DNA of 64,000 bases from Phaeosaccion multiseriatum (Eukaryota > Protista > Ochrophyta, other classes), in assembly GCA_965112735.1 (NCBI GenBank), contig OZ218965.1, positions 1,364,001 to 1,428,000 of the forward strand, given 5' to 3'. The first letter of the stretch is position 1. Each line of letters opens with the position of its first letter. The notes under the pieces were generated by a model. It saw only the letters and a program-made list of their open reading frames with translations, had not been told where the DNA came from and searched no databases. Shown here piece after piece: positions 24,617 to 40,880 of this stretch. A program made the position numbers and the translations under genes.

Positions 24617-27600
24617 ATGACGGCCCACAGGACGGCTGCTCCGTCAGGAGTAGCGTTGGCCTCCCTGTGCTTCTTCTGTGCGATGATGACGGCAAATGGT
24701 TTTGCTCCAATGTCAATGGGGATGGGGAACTCTTTCGGGCGATTGCTGCGGATCTCGACCTGGGGAGAGAGCCACGGAGGCGGGGTAGGAGTGGTGCTGG
24801 ATGGGTGTCCGCCCAAGATTAGCATCGACCGGGAAGACATCCAGAAAGGTGAGCGTGACCGGGTGAAAAGACGAGAATGCAAAATAGCTTTATTGAGGAG
24901 AGCGCCTGTGGGCCGTCTGCTGCCCTGCTGCTTGGTACTGGACTGTGCTGCTGGTGGGAGGATGTGTGTGTTGCGCCCTGGCTGGTGATTAGACTCCCTC
25001 GAGGCATGGGCGATTTAGAAAGCGATAGAGGGGACCCACGCAGCTGAGAAGACAACGTGCTTCCGCAGATCCAGCGACCTGGCTCCTCGCCTCCCTTTCG
25101 GCTCCATTGGGTGACCAACGGCGCTCCTCGCTCGGCACTGTTCCCCCCCTTCCCCTCCCCATGACCTCGTGTCTCTGTCTCCCCTCTCCCCCTCACCTCG
25201 TCCTCCCACCTCCTGCGACTCCTGCCGTGCTGCTACTGCGCTTCTACTGCTGCTGCCTCTCCACTGACCACACTGCATGCAGAGCTGGACCGCCGTAGGC
25301 CTGGTCAGTCTCGCCTGACCACCCCCCGTAACGAGGACGATCAAGTAGAGATCCTCTCGGGGGTGTCCCCGGATGGCATCACACTCGGGACTCCAATCGC
25401 CATGCTGGTGGGTCTTGGGTCCCTCCCACCTCCCTCCCACTCCCTGCCTACGCTACTCCGTTCCGTCTATTCTCTCCCCCATGTCTACCCTTGCCCTCTT
25501 TTGTTGCGTGAGGTGTTGTCCGTTATCCTATGCCTGGTAGTGTCATACACAGCTCTGCTTTTGTCCCTACCTAAACCCGGTCTGTCTGCTCTGCCTCTCT
25601 TGTCTGTTTCTCTCTGCCTGTCGGCGTGTCTGTCGGCCTGCCTGTCTCTCTCTGCGGTCGTGTCTCTCTTGTGTTAATTGTGTTTGTCATGTACCTCCTG
25701 GCACTGCTCTGAACGAACGAACGAACGAACGAACAAATGAATGAACGAATGAATCAATGAGTGCAGGTGCGCAACAAGGACCACCGCAGTCAGGACTACG
25801 ACACAAACGCGGTGGCGTACAGACCCAGCCACGCCGACGCCACATACGACGCAAAGTAAGGCCGTATCACCAACTGTTGCTGAAGTGCTGCTGCCACTGC
25901 TGTCTCTATGAAGGGCTGAGGGTGACCGTCTACACCCCGTGCGCGTGTGTTCGCTGCTGGGTGGTTATGGGGGCCGGGACATTTGCAGGCATATGGGCAG
26001 GGTAGGATGGTGCTGGATCACGGGCTGAGGGAGGCGGAAAGAGCCCCATTGGCTTTTCACCCTCTCCGTGCGTCTACATAGAAGTCTGAATGAGTGAGAG
26101 TGCGATTGCGAAGCGTAGCTACGGACCGCTCCACTCGCCCTCCCCCATCACCTTACTCCTTGCCCCTCTCCCTCTCTCTCTCTCTCTCTGTATATATATA
26201 TATATATCTCCCTCTCTCTCTCCCTCCCTCTCGCTCTCTCTCTCTCTCTTCCCTCCCCCCTCTTACGTCACTGAAGATATGGTATCCGAGCAATCGCTGG
26301 CGGGGGCAGGAGCAGTGCCAGAGAAACTATTGGGAGAGTGGCTGCGGCGGCGGTGGCAAGGAAGGTAGGCGGCAGAATGGAGGGAGGGGGGAGGAGGAGT
26401 AGGAGGAGGAGGAAGGAGGAGGAGCTGGAGGAGGAGGAGGAGGAGGAGGAGGAGGATGTACTAGTCGTATCCGACGACGCTGGAGGAGTCTGGTGAAGGG
26501 GATGTGGGACTCCACGGGGGGAACTCCACAGGGGGAGGAGGTAGACAAATGGACCTCGCATCTTCTCTCGACAGCCATTGTTGGCTTGACTACACTTATC
26601 TTCCTCCTCTTCGTCCTGCTCCTCCTGCTCCTCCTCCTCCTCCTCCTCCTCCTCCACCACCACCACCACCACCTCCTTCTCCTCCTCATCCTCCTCATCC
26701 TCCTCCTCCCTCTCCTCCCTCCCTTCCTCCTCGTCCTTCTTTTTGTCCCCACAGCTGCTTTCGGACTTCAGCGGCTGCGAGGTATTAGGCTATGTGAAGG
26801 CGGTGCAGGACGTCAGGACAGACAGTGTGGACCTCAACACATTCACGCTTGAAGAGGTAGAGTGAGGGTGTTTCAGTTTCAGTTTTTTTTACCGTGTCCA
26901 CTAGCGGATAGGCATTCCCGACATACATACACCGGCGTGCTCCTACCTACTCCACTCGTCCTCCCTCTCTCTTTCTCCCTATCTCTCCCTCTCTCGCTTC
27001 TCACCCTCCCTTCCTCCCTTTCTTCCTTCCTTCCTTCCTTCCTTCTCCTTCTCTTGTCTCCTCACCTTCCTTGCTCTCTCTTTCTGTCTTTCTCTCTCTC
27101 TGTCTCCCTTCCCCTTCCCTCCAGGTGGAGTCCAACATCGCACGATGTCCCGACCAAGAAACCGCACAGAAGATGATTGACAGAATCGATGAGATCAGGA
27201 AGACAGGCAACAGCATAGGCGAGTCACCATCACACGCACAACCAGAGGCAAAGAACCACACCACCTTACTCTCCAACTTTCTTACTACAAGAACTTTCTT
27301 GCTAACACTCACAAGCACAGGCATAGTCCGTTACCACTGCGCTAGCGTTGTTTGTCTTGTGTGTATTGAGTTGTGCGAGTTGAAATTCAATGGCTGTTTT
27401 TACCTCACTGCCATACCAGTCTACAATGGGCCACCATTTAATTTTCTCCCTCTCTCTCTCTCTCTCTCTCGACCTCACCGGTTCTCTCTCCCTCACCCCC
27501 TCTTTCTTCTCTCTCTCTCTCCCTCGCTTTCTCTCTCTCTCTCTTTCTCTCTCTCCCTCTCTCTCTCCCTCTCCCTCTCCCTCTCTCTCACACACAAACA

Positions 27601-29639
27601 CCTTCCCCCTCGCTCTGTTTCCCCCCGTCCACAGGCGGTGTGGTGGAGTGCGTGGCGCGTAACGTGCCTAGCGGCATCGGCTCCCCCGTGTTCGACAAGC
27701 TCGAGGCGGAGTTGGCGAAGGCATGCATGAGTCTGCCGGCCAGCAAGGTGAGGGAGGGAAGGAGGGGGGGAGGGAGGGAGGGAGGGAGGGAGGGAGGGAG
27801 GGAGGGAGAGAGGGAGGGAGGGAGGGAGGGGAGGAAGGGAGGGAGGAAGGGAGGTGGTGCTTCGTTTGGTCTGTAGAAGGGAGGAGGGAGGGGAGGGAGG
27901 GAGTGGAGAGGAAGGGAGGGGAGAGCAAGGGAGGGGGGGGACGGAGGGAGGGGGGGGGGGGAGTGGAGGGAGGGAGAATGGGGGGAGAAATACACACACG
28001 GGTACACACATATGCTCTTCATCCCTTCCGAGGAGTTCGCTGGCCTGAATTTTGGTTTTGGGTTGGGCATCTCTCTCTCTTCCCAGTCTCACGCACTTTC
28101 TCTCATTCTCTCTCTCCCTCTCTCACTCTCTCTCTTCCTCTCTCTCTTCCTCTCTCTCTCCCTCCCTCTCTCTTCATCTTCTCTCTCATTCTCTCTCTCC
28201 CTCTCTCTCTCTTCTTTTCGCTCACTCTCTCCTCCTCTCTCTCCCTCTCTGTCTCTCTCTTCTCTCCCTCCCCCCTCCTCCCTCCCCCCTCTCTCTTCCT
28301 CTCTCCCTCCCTCCCTCTCTCTCCTCTCTCTCTTCTCTTCTCTCCCCCCCCCCCCCCCCTCTCTCTTTTCTCTCTTCTCTCTCCCCCCCCCTCTCTCTCT
28401 CTTCTCTCTCTCTCTTTTCTCGCTCCCTCTCTCTCTCTCTCTCTCTCTCTCTTTTCGCTCCCCCCCTCTCTCTCTCTTCTCTCTCTCTTCTCTCTCCCCC
28501 CCCCCTCTCTCTCTCTCTTCTCTCTCTCTTCTCTCTCCCCCCCTCTCTCTCTCTCTCTCGCTTCTCTCTCTCTTCTCTCCCCCCCTCTCTCTCTCAGGGC
28601 TTCGAGGTAGGCAGCGGCTTTGAGGGCACACTTCTCAGCGGCAAGGACCACAACGATGAGTTCTACATAGATGAGGATGGGTAAGTCAATGAACGGGAGG
28701 GGAGGGAAGGGAGGGGGACGCGGAGTGGTGTGGTGACCCTGTTTTCACCATGGTCACTGACTGACCGGGTCTCACACACGCACGCGTGTGACTGACCGTG
28801 TGACTGACCGTGTGGCTGACCGTTTGACTACTCAGGCGCACGCGAACACGAACGAACCGAAGTGGGGGAATTCAGGGCGGCATCAGCAATGGAGAGGTAA
28901 AGAGAGAAGGACGAGAGATAGAGGGAGAGGGGCAGAGAGGGGGGGGGGGGGGGGGTCGGGAGAGAGGGAGGGAAGGAGGGAAGGAGGGAGAGAAAGACGG
29001 AGGGATCGAAGGAATGAGAGAGAGAGAGATGGGGAGAGGGGGCGGAGAGAGCCGTGTGGCCAGTTTTCAGTTTTCAGTTTTCAGTTGTATGTGATTCTCT
29101 CTAAACCCTCTCCTCTGCTCTTCTCTTCTCCCAGACCATCGTGGTACGGGTGGCATTCAAGCCCACAAGTACCATCGGCCAACTGCAGAACACCGTCACC
29201 AGAGAGGGCGATGAGACCACAATGAGAGGCAAGGGTCGACACGACCCCTGTGTGCTGCCCAGAGCCGTTCCCATGGTAAGAGAGAGGAGAAGAGGCGTAC
29301 AAGGGTATGGTTTACTGGATGGAGGCGAATGGTGTATTGGATGGGGGGTTGTGGGGTGGGTTCAGGTTCAGTCCCCCTCCTCTGTCATCCGTACCCGCGT
29401 GCCCGTCTCGCTTGTTTCTGCTCTCTCTCTCCTTCTCGCTGCCGTCTCTCTCCCCCCCTCTCTCTCTCCCTCTCTCTCTCTCCCCCCCCTTGCTCTTCTC
29501 TCTCTCTCTGTTCTGTCTCTGCTCGCTCTCCTGCCTTTTCTCACTCACCCCTGTCCACCCCCTCTCTTTCGCTCGCTCTCACTTCCTCCCTCCCGCCCTC
29601 CCCCCCCCCCTTCTCTCCCTGCCTCCCTCCCTGCCTCCC

Positions 29640-29681
<42 letters not shown>

Positions 29682-29835
29682 CTAGGTGGAAGCCATGGTG
29701 GCTCTAGTCCTGGCAGACGCGCTGATGTCACAGAAGGCCCAGTGTGAGCTGTTCGATGGGGTGGAGGGACACGCAGCCGGGGAGGCCACCGGCATCAACC
29801 CTCTGGGGAAGAAGCTTACCGGCAAAGGGGTGTAG
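24617..29835 (+). CDS. aroC: Chorismate synthase, plastid-targeted, 11 exons
   Basis: Exons approx. 24617-24848, 25283-25407, 25767-25855, 26277-26364, 26754-26856, 27125-27218, 27635-27747, 28598-28680, 28836-28896, 29135-29275, 29686-29835. Motifs: [100 protein letters not shown]. The leader is a hydrophobic signal followed by ANG-FAP. Confidence 0.97.
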
Positions 29836-30495
29836 AGCAGGAGGAGGAGGAGGAGCAGGAGGAGGAGGAGGAGGAGGAGGAGGAGGAGGAGGAGGAGGAG
29901 GAGGAGGAGCAGGAGGAGGAGGAGCAGGAGGAGGACAGATCAGCGGCCGTGCTAGGCCCACAATAGTGCAATAGATAGTTTTCATGTCTTTCATTCAACA
30001 ATTTGATGTGAATGATACAGCGATGCGTCGTACTTAGACTTGTTCCATCTCACTGAAGAACTGATGCTTCAGGGCTCCTTGCCGCGCCACACCGGCGGGG
30101 AGTTGTGGTGATCGAGGCGAGAGCTGACCAGAGTGGGGCCTCGCAAAAGGGGGCGAAGAATACTGTACTTGTCGTTGACAGCCAGGCGACTGGGGAGGCG
30201 GCTTTATCACTCTCTCGTTTATATGTGGCTTTGTTGCAAAGAAGCGCCAGCTAGACGTAGCTTCAAGGGCTATAGGGTTGTTGCGCGGCGCCACATACGC
30301 GTTCACAGATGGAGGTTGAATAACCAACTGCGAAGGATGATCCGTTGTGTTTCCATTTCTTCATTTTGTCTTCTCTTTCTTCCTTTCCCTCGTCTTCCTC
30401 CTGCTCAAGACGCCCTTTTAGACTCAGGGAGAAGACCTTCTTTATTTTGGTGTGGTGTGTACGCTTGGTGGATGTGGAGTGAGTGAAGAAAGTCC

Positions 30496-31743
30496 ATGAA
30501 TTCGGTGACCATAAAAGTCCTCACTTTGGGCGATCCCGCCACGGGAAAAACCTCCATCTTGAAGCGGTACGTTCACAACTTCTGGAGCGGTCATCACAAG
30601 ACCACGGTGGGTGTTGACTTTGCTCTCAAGCAACTTGTCGTGGACAACATCACCGTAAAGCTCCAGCTATGGGTGAGTAATAAAGTTGACTTTCTTGTTG
30701 CTCGTCCGTCCTCCCCTCATCACCAAGACTCCCTCTCTCTCCCAATGCAATGCAGGACATTGCGGGGCAGGATAGATTCGGAGCCATCGCGAGGGTATAC
30801 TACAAAGATGCGGTCGGGGCACTCCTTGTGTACGACGTTTCACGAAAGCTTACCTTCGAGACCGTGGCCAAGGTGGGTTCGTGACTGGCTGGGGCAGAGG
30901 GGCATGGGATGGTCTGTTTCTCACACTGCTTCGTCTCATTCTTCCCTTGTCTCCTCTTGCTTTCTTCCAAACCCCTTTCCTGGTAGCGTCCTCCTCTCCT
31001 CACTTCCCTCTCTCATCCCTTCTGCAACCTACTCTACTCCTGTCCCCCTTTCTCCCAGTGGAAGCGAGAAATAGATTCCAAGGTTGAGCTAAATGACGGC
31101 GCCCCAATACCCGTGGTTTTGCTAGCGAACAAATGCGACCTAGAAGCGGACATTGACAGACCCATGGTCCGTACGAACAAGAGGCAGAGCTGTGTGTACA
31201 TGGCGAGGCTACTCCGATTCATCCTGTTCTGGAGAAAGATGTGCCCAGCCTCACCCTTCCCATCCATACGCCACTCCTTTGTCCGCTCCCTGGCTCTCTC
31301 CCTCTTTTTCTTCCCATCCCTCTCGATCTCGATCTCCTCTCCTCTCTCTCCCTCTTTTTCTCCCCCTCCCTCTCGATCTCGATCTCCTCTTGTCTCTCTC
31401 CCGCTTTTTCTCACTCTCCCTCTCTGTCTCTTATCTCTTCTCTCCTCTTCTCTCCTCTTCTCTCTCCCCCCCCCTCTCTCTCTCGTTCTTTCTCACACGC
31501 ACACGCACACACGCACACACACGCACACACCGCGACCACCAGTTGGACCAATTCTGCGAGGAGCACGGCTTTGCGGGGTGGTTCGAGACAAGTGCCAAGT
31601 TGAACATTGGCATCGACACCGCCGCAAAACACCTCGTGTCTCGCATCCTACAGCACGGAGACGTATTCGCCGCCAAGCAGAGACAGGGCTTCATGCCCAC
31701 TGCGGGGCCTCCACACTCCGCCTCCGACTCGGCTTGTTGTTGA
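30496..31743 (+). CDS. RAB32: Rab GTPase of the Rab32/38 subfamily, 4 exons
   Basis: Exons 30496-30672, 30756-30872, 31059-31166, 31543-31743. Motifs: [17 protein letters not shown], the subfamily-diagnostic WDIAGQ, LLANKCD, WFETSAK, and a C-terminal CC prenylation site. Confidence 0.93.
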
Positions 31744-32014
31744 GGGGATTGCTCTACGTTACTGTAGGGGTGTTGGTCTTGTTTGTTTGGGGTGTTGCTC
31801 ATTGTGCTCATCTTGCCCCTTACCAGCACTTCTTCCCCTGTCCCTGTCCGCGAGCGCAAAGCTGGCACTTCTCAACAAATAATTTTTCCTGAGTTTTTGA
31901 AACGAATTGTAAAACAAACAATGAAAAGAAGAAATGATATTTTTTTTTAGTTATGGGGCTGAGACAGCGCCTGCTGGGTGTGACTTGGCACGTTGGTGGG
32001 GTCCCGTCCTCCCG

Positions 32015-32444
32015 CTACATTGCGTCCTCTCCCCCCTCTTGGGTTGCCCGACCCCGCTCTCGCTCTCGCTCTCGCTCTCGCTCTCGTATGTCCAAGAGCA
32101 TCGCCCACGGCCCACCCCACGCCCTCCTCACTTTCCAAGCCCCAGGCTGGGCCCAAGCGCCTCCCAGCAGCTGCAACACGTCCTCCACACCACCAGCAGC
32201 AGTTCGTGATACAGCAGTTGGTGATACAGTAGGCGAGGGATTCGGACAGAGCTGCCCCAGCAAGAGTCCCCTGCCCCTCCGAGTCACGAACAGCGTGTAC
32301 CTGGTGTTAGGAGGGGTGAAAGTACCTGGTGTTAGGAGGGGTGAAAGACGTGTACCTGGTGTTAGGAGGGGTGAAAGACGGGCTCAACTTAGCGGTCAGC
32401 GTGAGGTGGGGTGGGGTTGGGAGAAGGAAGCTCGGAGTCGGCTG

Positions 32445-32500
<56 letters not shown>

Positions 32501-34829
32501 GGAGAGAGGGATGGAGGGATATCGTGGATGGATTGAGAGAGAGAGAGAGAAAGAGAGGGGAGAGAGGGGGGGAGAGAAAGAGACAGAGAGGGAGAGGGAT
32601 AGACAGAGGGAGGAAAGGGAGAGAGAAGAGGCGGAGAGGAGAGAGGGAGGAGGGAGGAGAGAGACAGATAGAGAGAGAGGTGACAGATCGCCCGCGCAGA
32701 TACAGATGCCATCCACTGCCATCCAATAGCCATGGATTCTCAATTGCTCCCTTCCCCCACGCGGCCCACTCACGCACGCACCCACCTGCTACCACACGCC
32801 ATACTCTGCACGGCATCTTCATCTTCATCTGAACCTTCTGCCGCTGATTGATTCTGATTCCAATTCCGATTCTTCTGCTTTTGATTGTCATCATTCCGCA
32901 GGGCGTGGTCGAGTGCCGTGAGCAGCTTCGGCGTCCTATATGCCTCTCCGCCGTCGTCCTTGGAGGAGGAGGGACTGCTTGAGCTGTGGAGCGGCCTCCT
33001 CTGCCCCAGCTGCCCGTGCTTGTTCCAGCCAAAGCCGTACACGTCACCGCATGACGTCATTGCCACCGTATGCCAGCCCCCGCAACATACGCTCTGCACA
33101 CCCGAAAATCTTGAGGAGGGGAAGTAGGAGGAGAAGCAGCAGCAGCAGTAGCAGTATCAGTTGGTGCTACACAAGGGCAGCAGTTGGTGATACGACAGGA
33201 GCAGAGGCCGAGGCGAAGAGGGGAGAGTAAAGGTTCACGAGATGCGTCTGACAGGAAGGGGAAACGGAGGAGCCGAGGCGTCCCTTTCGAAAGACATGTA
33301 CCCATGTGTTGGTGGGAAGATGGGAAGATGGGAAGATGGTCGTCCACTCCACCCCGCAACCCTGCCTCCACACACTGCATGACTGCATGCATCCCCTCAC
33401 CTCCCGTTGGACATCATCTCATGCATCCCCTCACCTCCCGTTGGACATCATCTCTCCCACTCCGCACAGAGCCTCCACGCGCTGAGGGGTCCACACTGCC
33501 TGCAGCCCGCCGTGCCCTGAGAAGAAGCAGAAGGAAGACAAAGCAAGGAGAGGAGGGCGAGTCTCGGACCAAAGTCAGCTGTGAGGGCAACCCGCATGCC
33601 TCGTGCCTCATGCCTCATGGCTCTGGTGCAGTACCCTCCTCGGGTCGCGATCACCATCCGTCCGGGATCAGCATGAACCTACCGATCTGCCCATACCAGC
33701 TGTTCCCGCACGTCCAAACCTCCCCATCTGCAGCCAAGAGGGCCGTATGGTCCTTGCCGCAAGCTGCGGAGCGGAAACCCGCCGCTGTGGGTGCGTGCAC
33801 CACTTGCTGTGGAGAGCAGTACACCATTGGCCTGTCCCCACCGTTGGGGGGGGGAGCAGAGGACGAAAAATCGCTTTCCGAGGAGGGGGGTGGGTCTTCA
33901 TTGGGTACCCGAGGCCCGATACCCAACTGGCCACTGTCGCCTCTCCCCCATGCGAAGGCAAGGCCCTCGGAAGTAACGACGACGACGTGTGCTTCTCCGG
34001 CGCTGATGCTGCTCACCACGTGCCCCTCCAAGCCCCTCACAAGACGCACCCTCTTCGGCAGCAATACTGCAGAAACAGCCGCATCATCATCCGTATCATC
34101 CGGAGCAGCAGAAGTAGAAGCAGGGTACGTTTGACGGATGTCCGTGGAGCGAGGATGATGATCATGTCCCGCGTGTTTGCCAGGCAGGGAGGAGGCGCGC
34201 CTGTCGCACTCCACACAGGCCCCGCAGGGCTGCGTGAGGGGCCACTTCGGTCCCGTGACAAAGGCAGACGAGGAGGTGTTCATACTCTGGGCGGTAGCAG
34301 TGCTGCTGCCTTTGATCTTGGTGGCGCAGGTACCCTCTGTTTTCCGCCTCCAGTAGAGACATTGGCCTTCGCGCGTGGTGCCAACCACCAGGGAGGTACC
34401 GCACACGGCGACACTCAAGAGAGACAAAGCATGTCGCCCCCCAGGGCGCCCGGTCTCCGAGTCCACGCTACTCTTTGCCCGCTGAACGTCTACCTTCTCC
34501 CCCTCCTCCCCAGAGCTGCCACTACCGTCAGGGCGGCGCCGTTTCCTGCTCGTGTTGCTCGCTCTACCATCGTAGATCTTCGATATGGCCACCCGAGTGG
34601 GAGTACTGGGCTGACAGCTACCATCGGAAAGTCGCAGGGTGCTGCTGCTGCTGCCCCAATCGAACAACACCCCGGTTTTGCTCACGGCAAACGCGCAGTC
34701 CCACCCTACAGTCGCGTCGGCAATGTCCTCGAGCTCGTCGTTCGCTTGATTTCGCTCATTGGTTTCGCCACGTCCTTCGACTGTGGGCTGTAGTGAGAAG
34801 CGTCGGTGGCCTAGGCCAACAAGGGGCAT
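32015..34829 (-). CDS. RCC1/BLIP-II repeat beta-propeller protein, about 4-5 exons
   Basis: RCC1 repeats: ISAGEAHVVVVTSEGLAFAWGRGDSGQLGIG, AACGKDHTALLAADGEVWTCGNSWYGQIG, VCCGGWHTVAMTSCGDVYGFGWNKHGQLG, MACGSR|YTLFVT. The middle exons (about 33230-33500) are uncertain. Confidence 0.88.
32297..32377 (-). repeat. Triplicated ~25-30-bp unit containing a 3' splice site (tttcacccctcctaacaccag|gtac)
   Basis: gtacctggtgttaggaggggtgaaa occurs three times on the + strand. Confidence 0.9.
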
Positions 34830-35016
34830 AAAGTGTTGATGAGCAGCGTCCTCTCATACAGGAGATGAAAGAGGCATAGCCAGATATTTGTGATTCGCCG
34901 CCATCGGAGACACATGACCAACAGCTGCATCACTATGGACCGGCACTTGAGTTTAACATCCTTCTTCCTTCTTCCCCACCCCCGAGAGCGGGCTAGAGCG
35001 AGAAAAGTCACGATCG

Positions 35017-39496
<4,480 letters not shown>

Positions 39497-39663
39497 AAAA
39501 CCTTCACGTAAACACAAGAAACAAACCACGACGACCCAAGACGAGCTCAAATTTTGGAAAGTCTTGCTCCCGTGTCTTGCTCTTGGTCTTCTGCTTGAAG
39601 GAATTACTGTAAAACCTATAACATTGGGACCATAGACGGGGTAAACAAGTGTTTCTTCACTTC

Positions 39664-40126
39664 TCAAAGCAAGCCACCTCCTCCCTCCCCCCCTCCTCCC
39701 CTCCCTCCCTCCCCAATCCCAAACAATTCACGGTACCGCTCAGGAAGCGACACCCCCCCCTCTTCAACACCCCCTTCCTCCTCGCCGGTGGCCTCATCAT
39801 CATCATCATCATCATCATCTCCCGTCGCAGAAGCCGCAGCAAGGATCTTCTCGCAGGCGTCAATCTGTACCCCCCGCAGCATACCGTCCACGACCCTGAG
39901 ATAAATTTCAGCGTCTTTCGTCAGTCTCTTTCCCCCTTCCCCTCCTCCTCCTTCCCCTCCTCCTCCTCCTCCTCCTTCCCCTCCTCCTCCTCCTCCTCCT
40001 CCTCCTCCTCCTCCTCCTCCTCCTCCTCCTCCTCCTCCTTCTCCTCCTCCTACTGCTGCTGCTGCTGCTGAATCACCAACTACTGCACCGCCTTGTCCCA
40101 TCGATACGGATTCTTCCACCGAAGCA

Positions 40127-40185
<59 letters not shown>

Positions 40186-40846
40186 GCCCCCTCCACCCCC
40201 CACCTCGCCTCTCCCCCACCCCAACAAAGTCTCTGCGAGGGCATTCATCTTGTTGTGCCCCAGCTGCAACCCCACACACAAGAGGTAGGACTCCGCGCTG
40301 GCAGGTCTGCTTGACACGGGCTTGACAAGCGCTGTGCGACGAAACACGCTGGCTAGTGCTGACACGACTCTGAGGGACGAAGCGCTCCTTAGCCCAAAGA
40401 CCTTGACGATAAACGTGCCACCCTCCTTCGCGGCACCGGAAGGTAGGTTGGTAGGGTTGTGGGTAGGAGAGGAAGAGGAGGAGGGGAAAGGGGGGAGAGA
40501 GTAGCGGCAACGTCACTAACGGTTGGCAGCGAAAGATGTTTGGTACCAGAGGACAAGTCAATAAAACTTTACTCTCCTCTTCTTCCCCCCCTCCTCCTCC
40601 CCCTTTCCTCCTTCCTCTCTCGAACCTTGAGCACGAGCGCCATGGCTGCTGCTTGTGACAGCAGCAATCCGCACAGCATGTCCTCTTGGTCTAGGCGGTC
40701 TCTGGCGGCGGCACATCCGCCGTCGGCAACCACTGCCCCCACCCTTCGCCCGTTGTTATCACGAAGGACCTGTCGACAACGGAACCGTCAATCGTCGTCA
40801 TTTGTCGCCATTTGAACGCAAGGAGAGCAGTACAAACAGCAGGAGG

Positions 40847-40880
<34 letters not shown>

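Noticed and set aside
24617-29835. Chorismate synthase and EF-G as bacterial contamination or recent horizontal transfer
   Set aside because: Both have many spliceosomal introns and plastid-targeting leaders, consistent with ordinary nuclear genes for plastid proteins.
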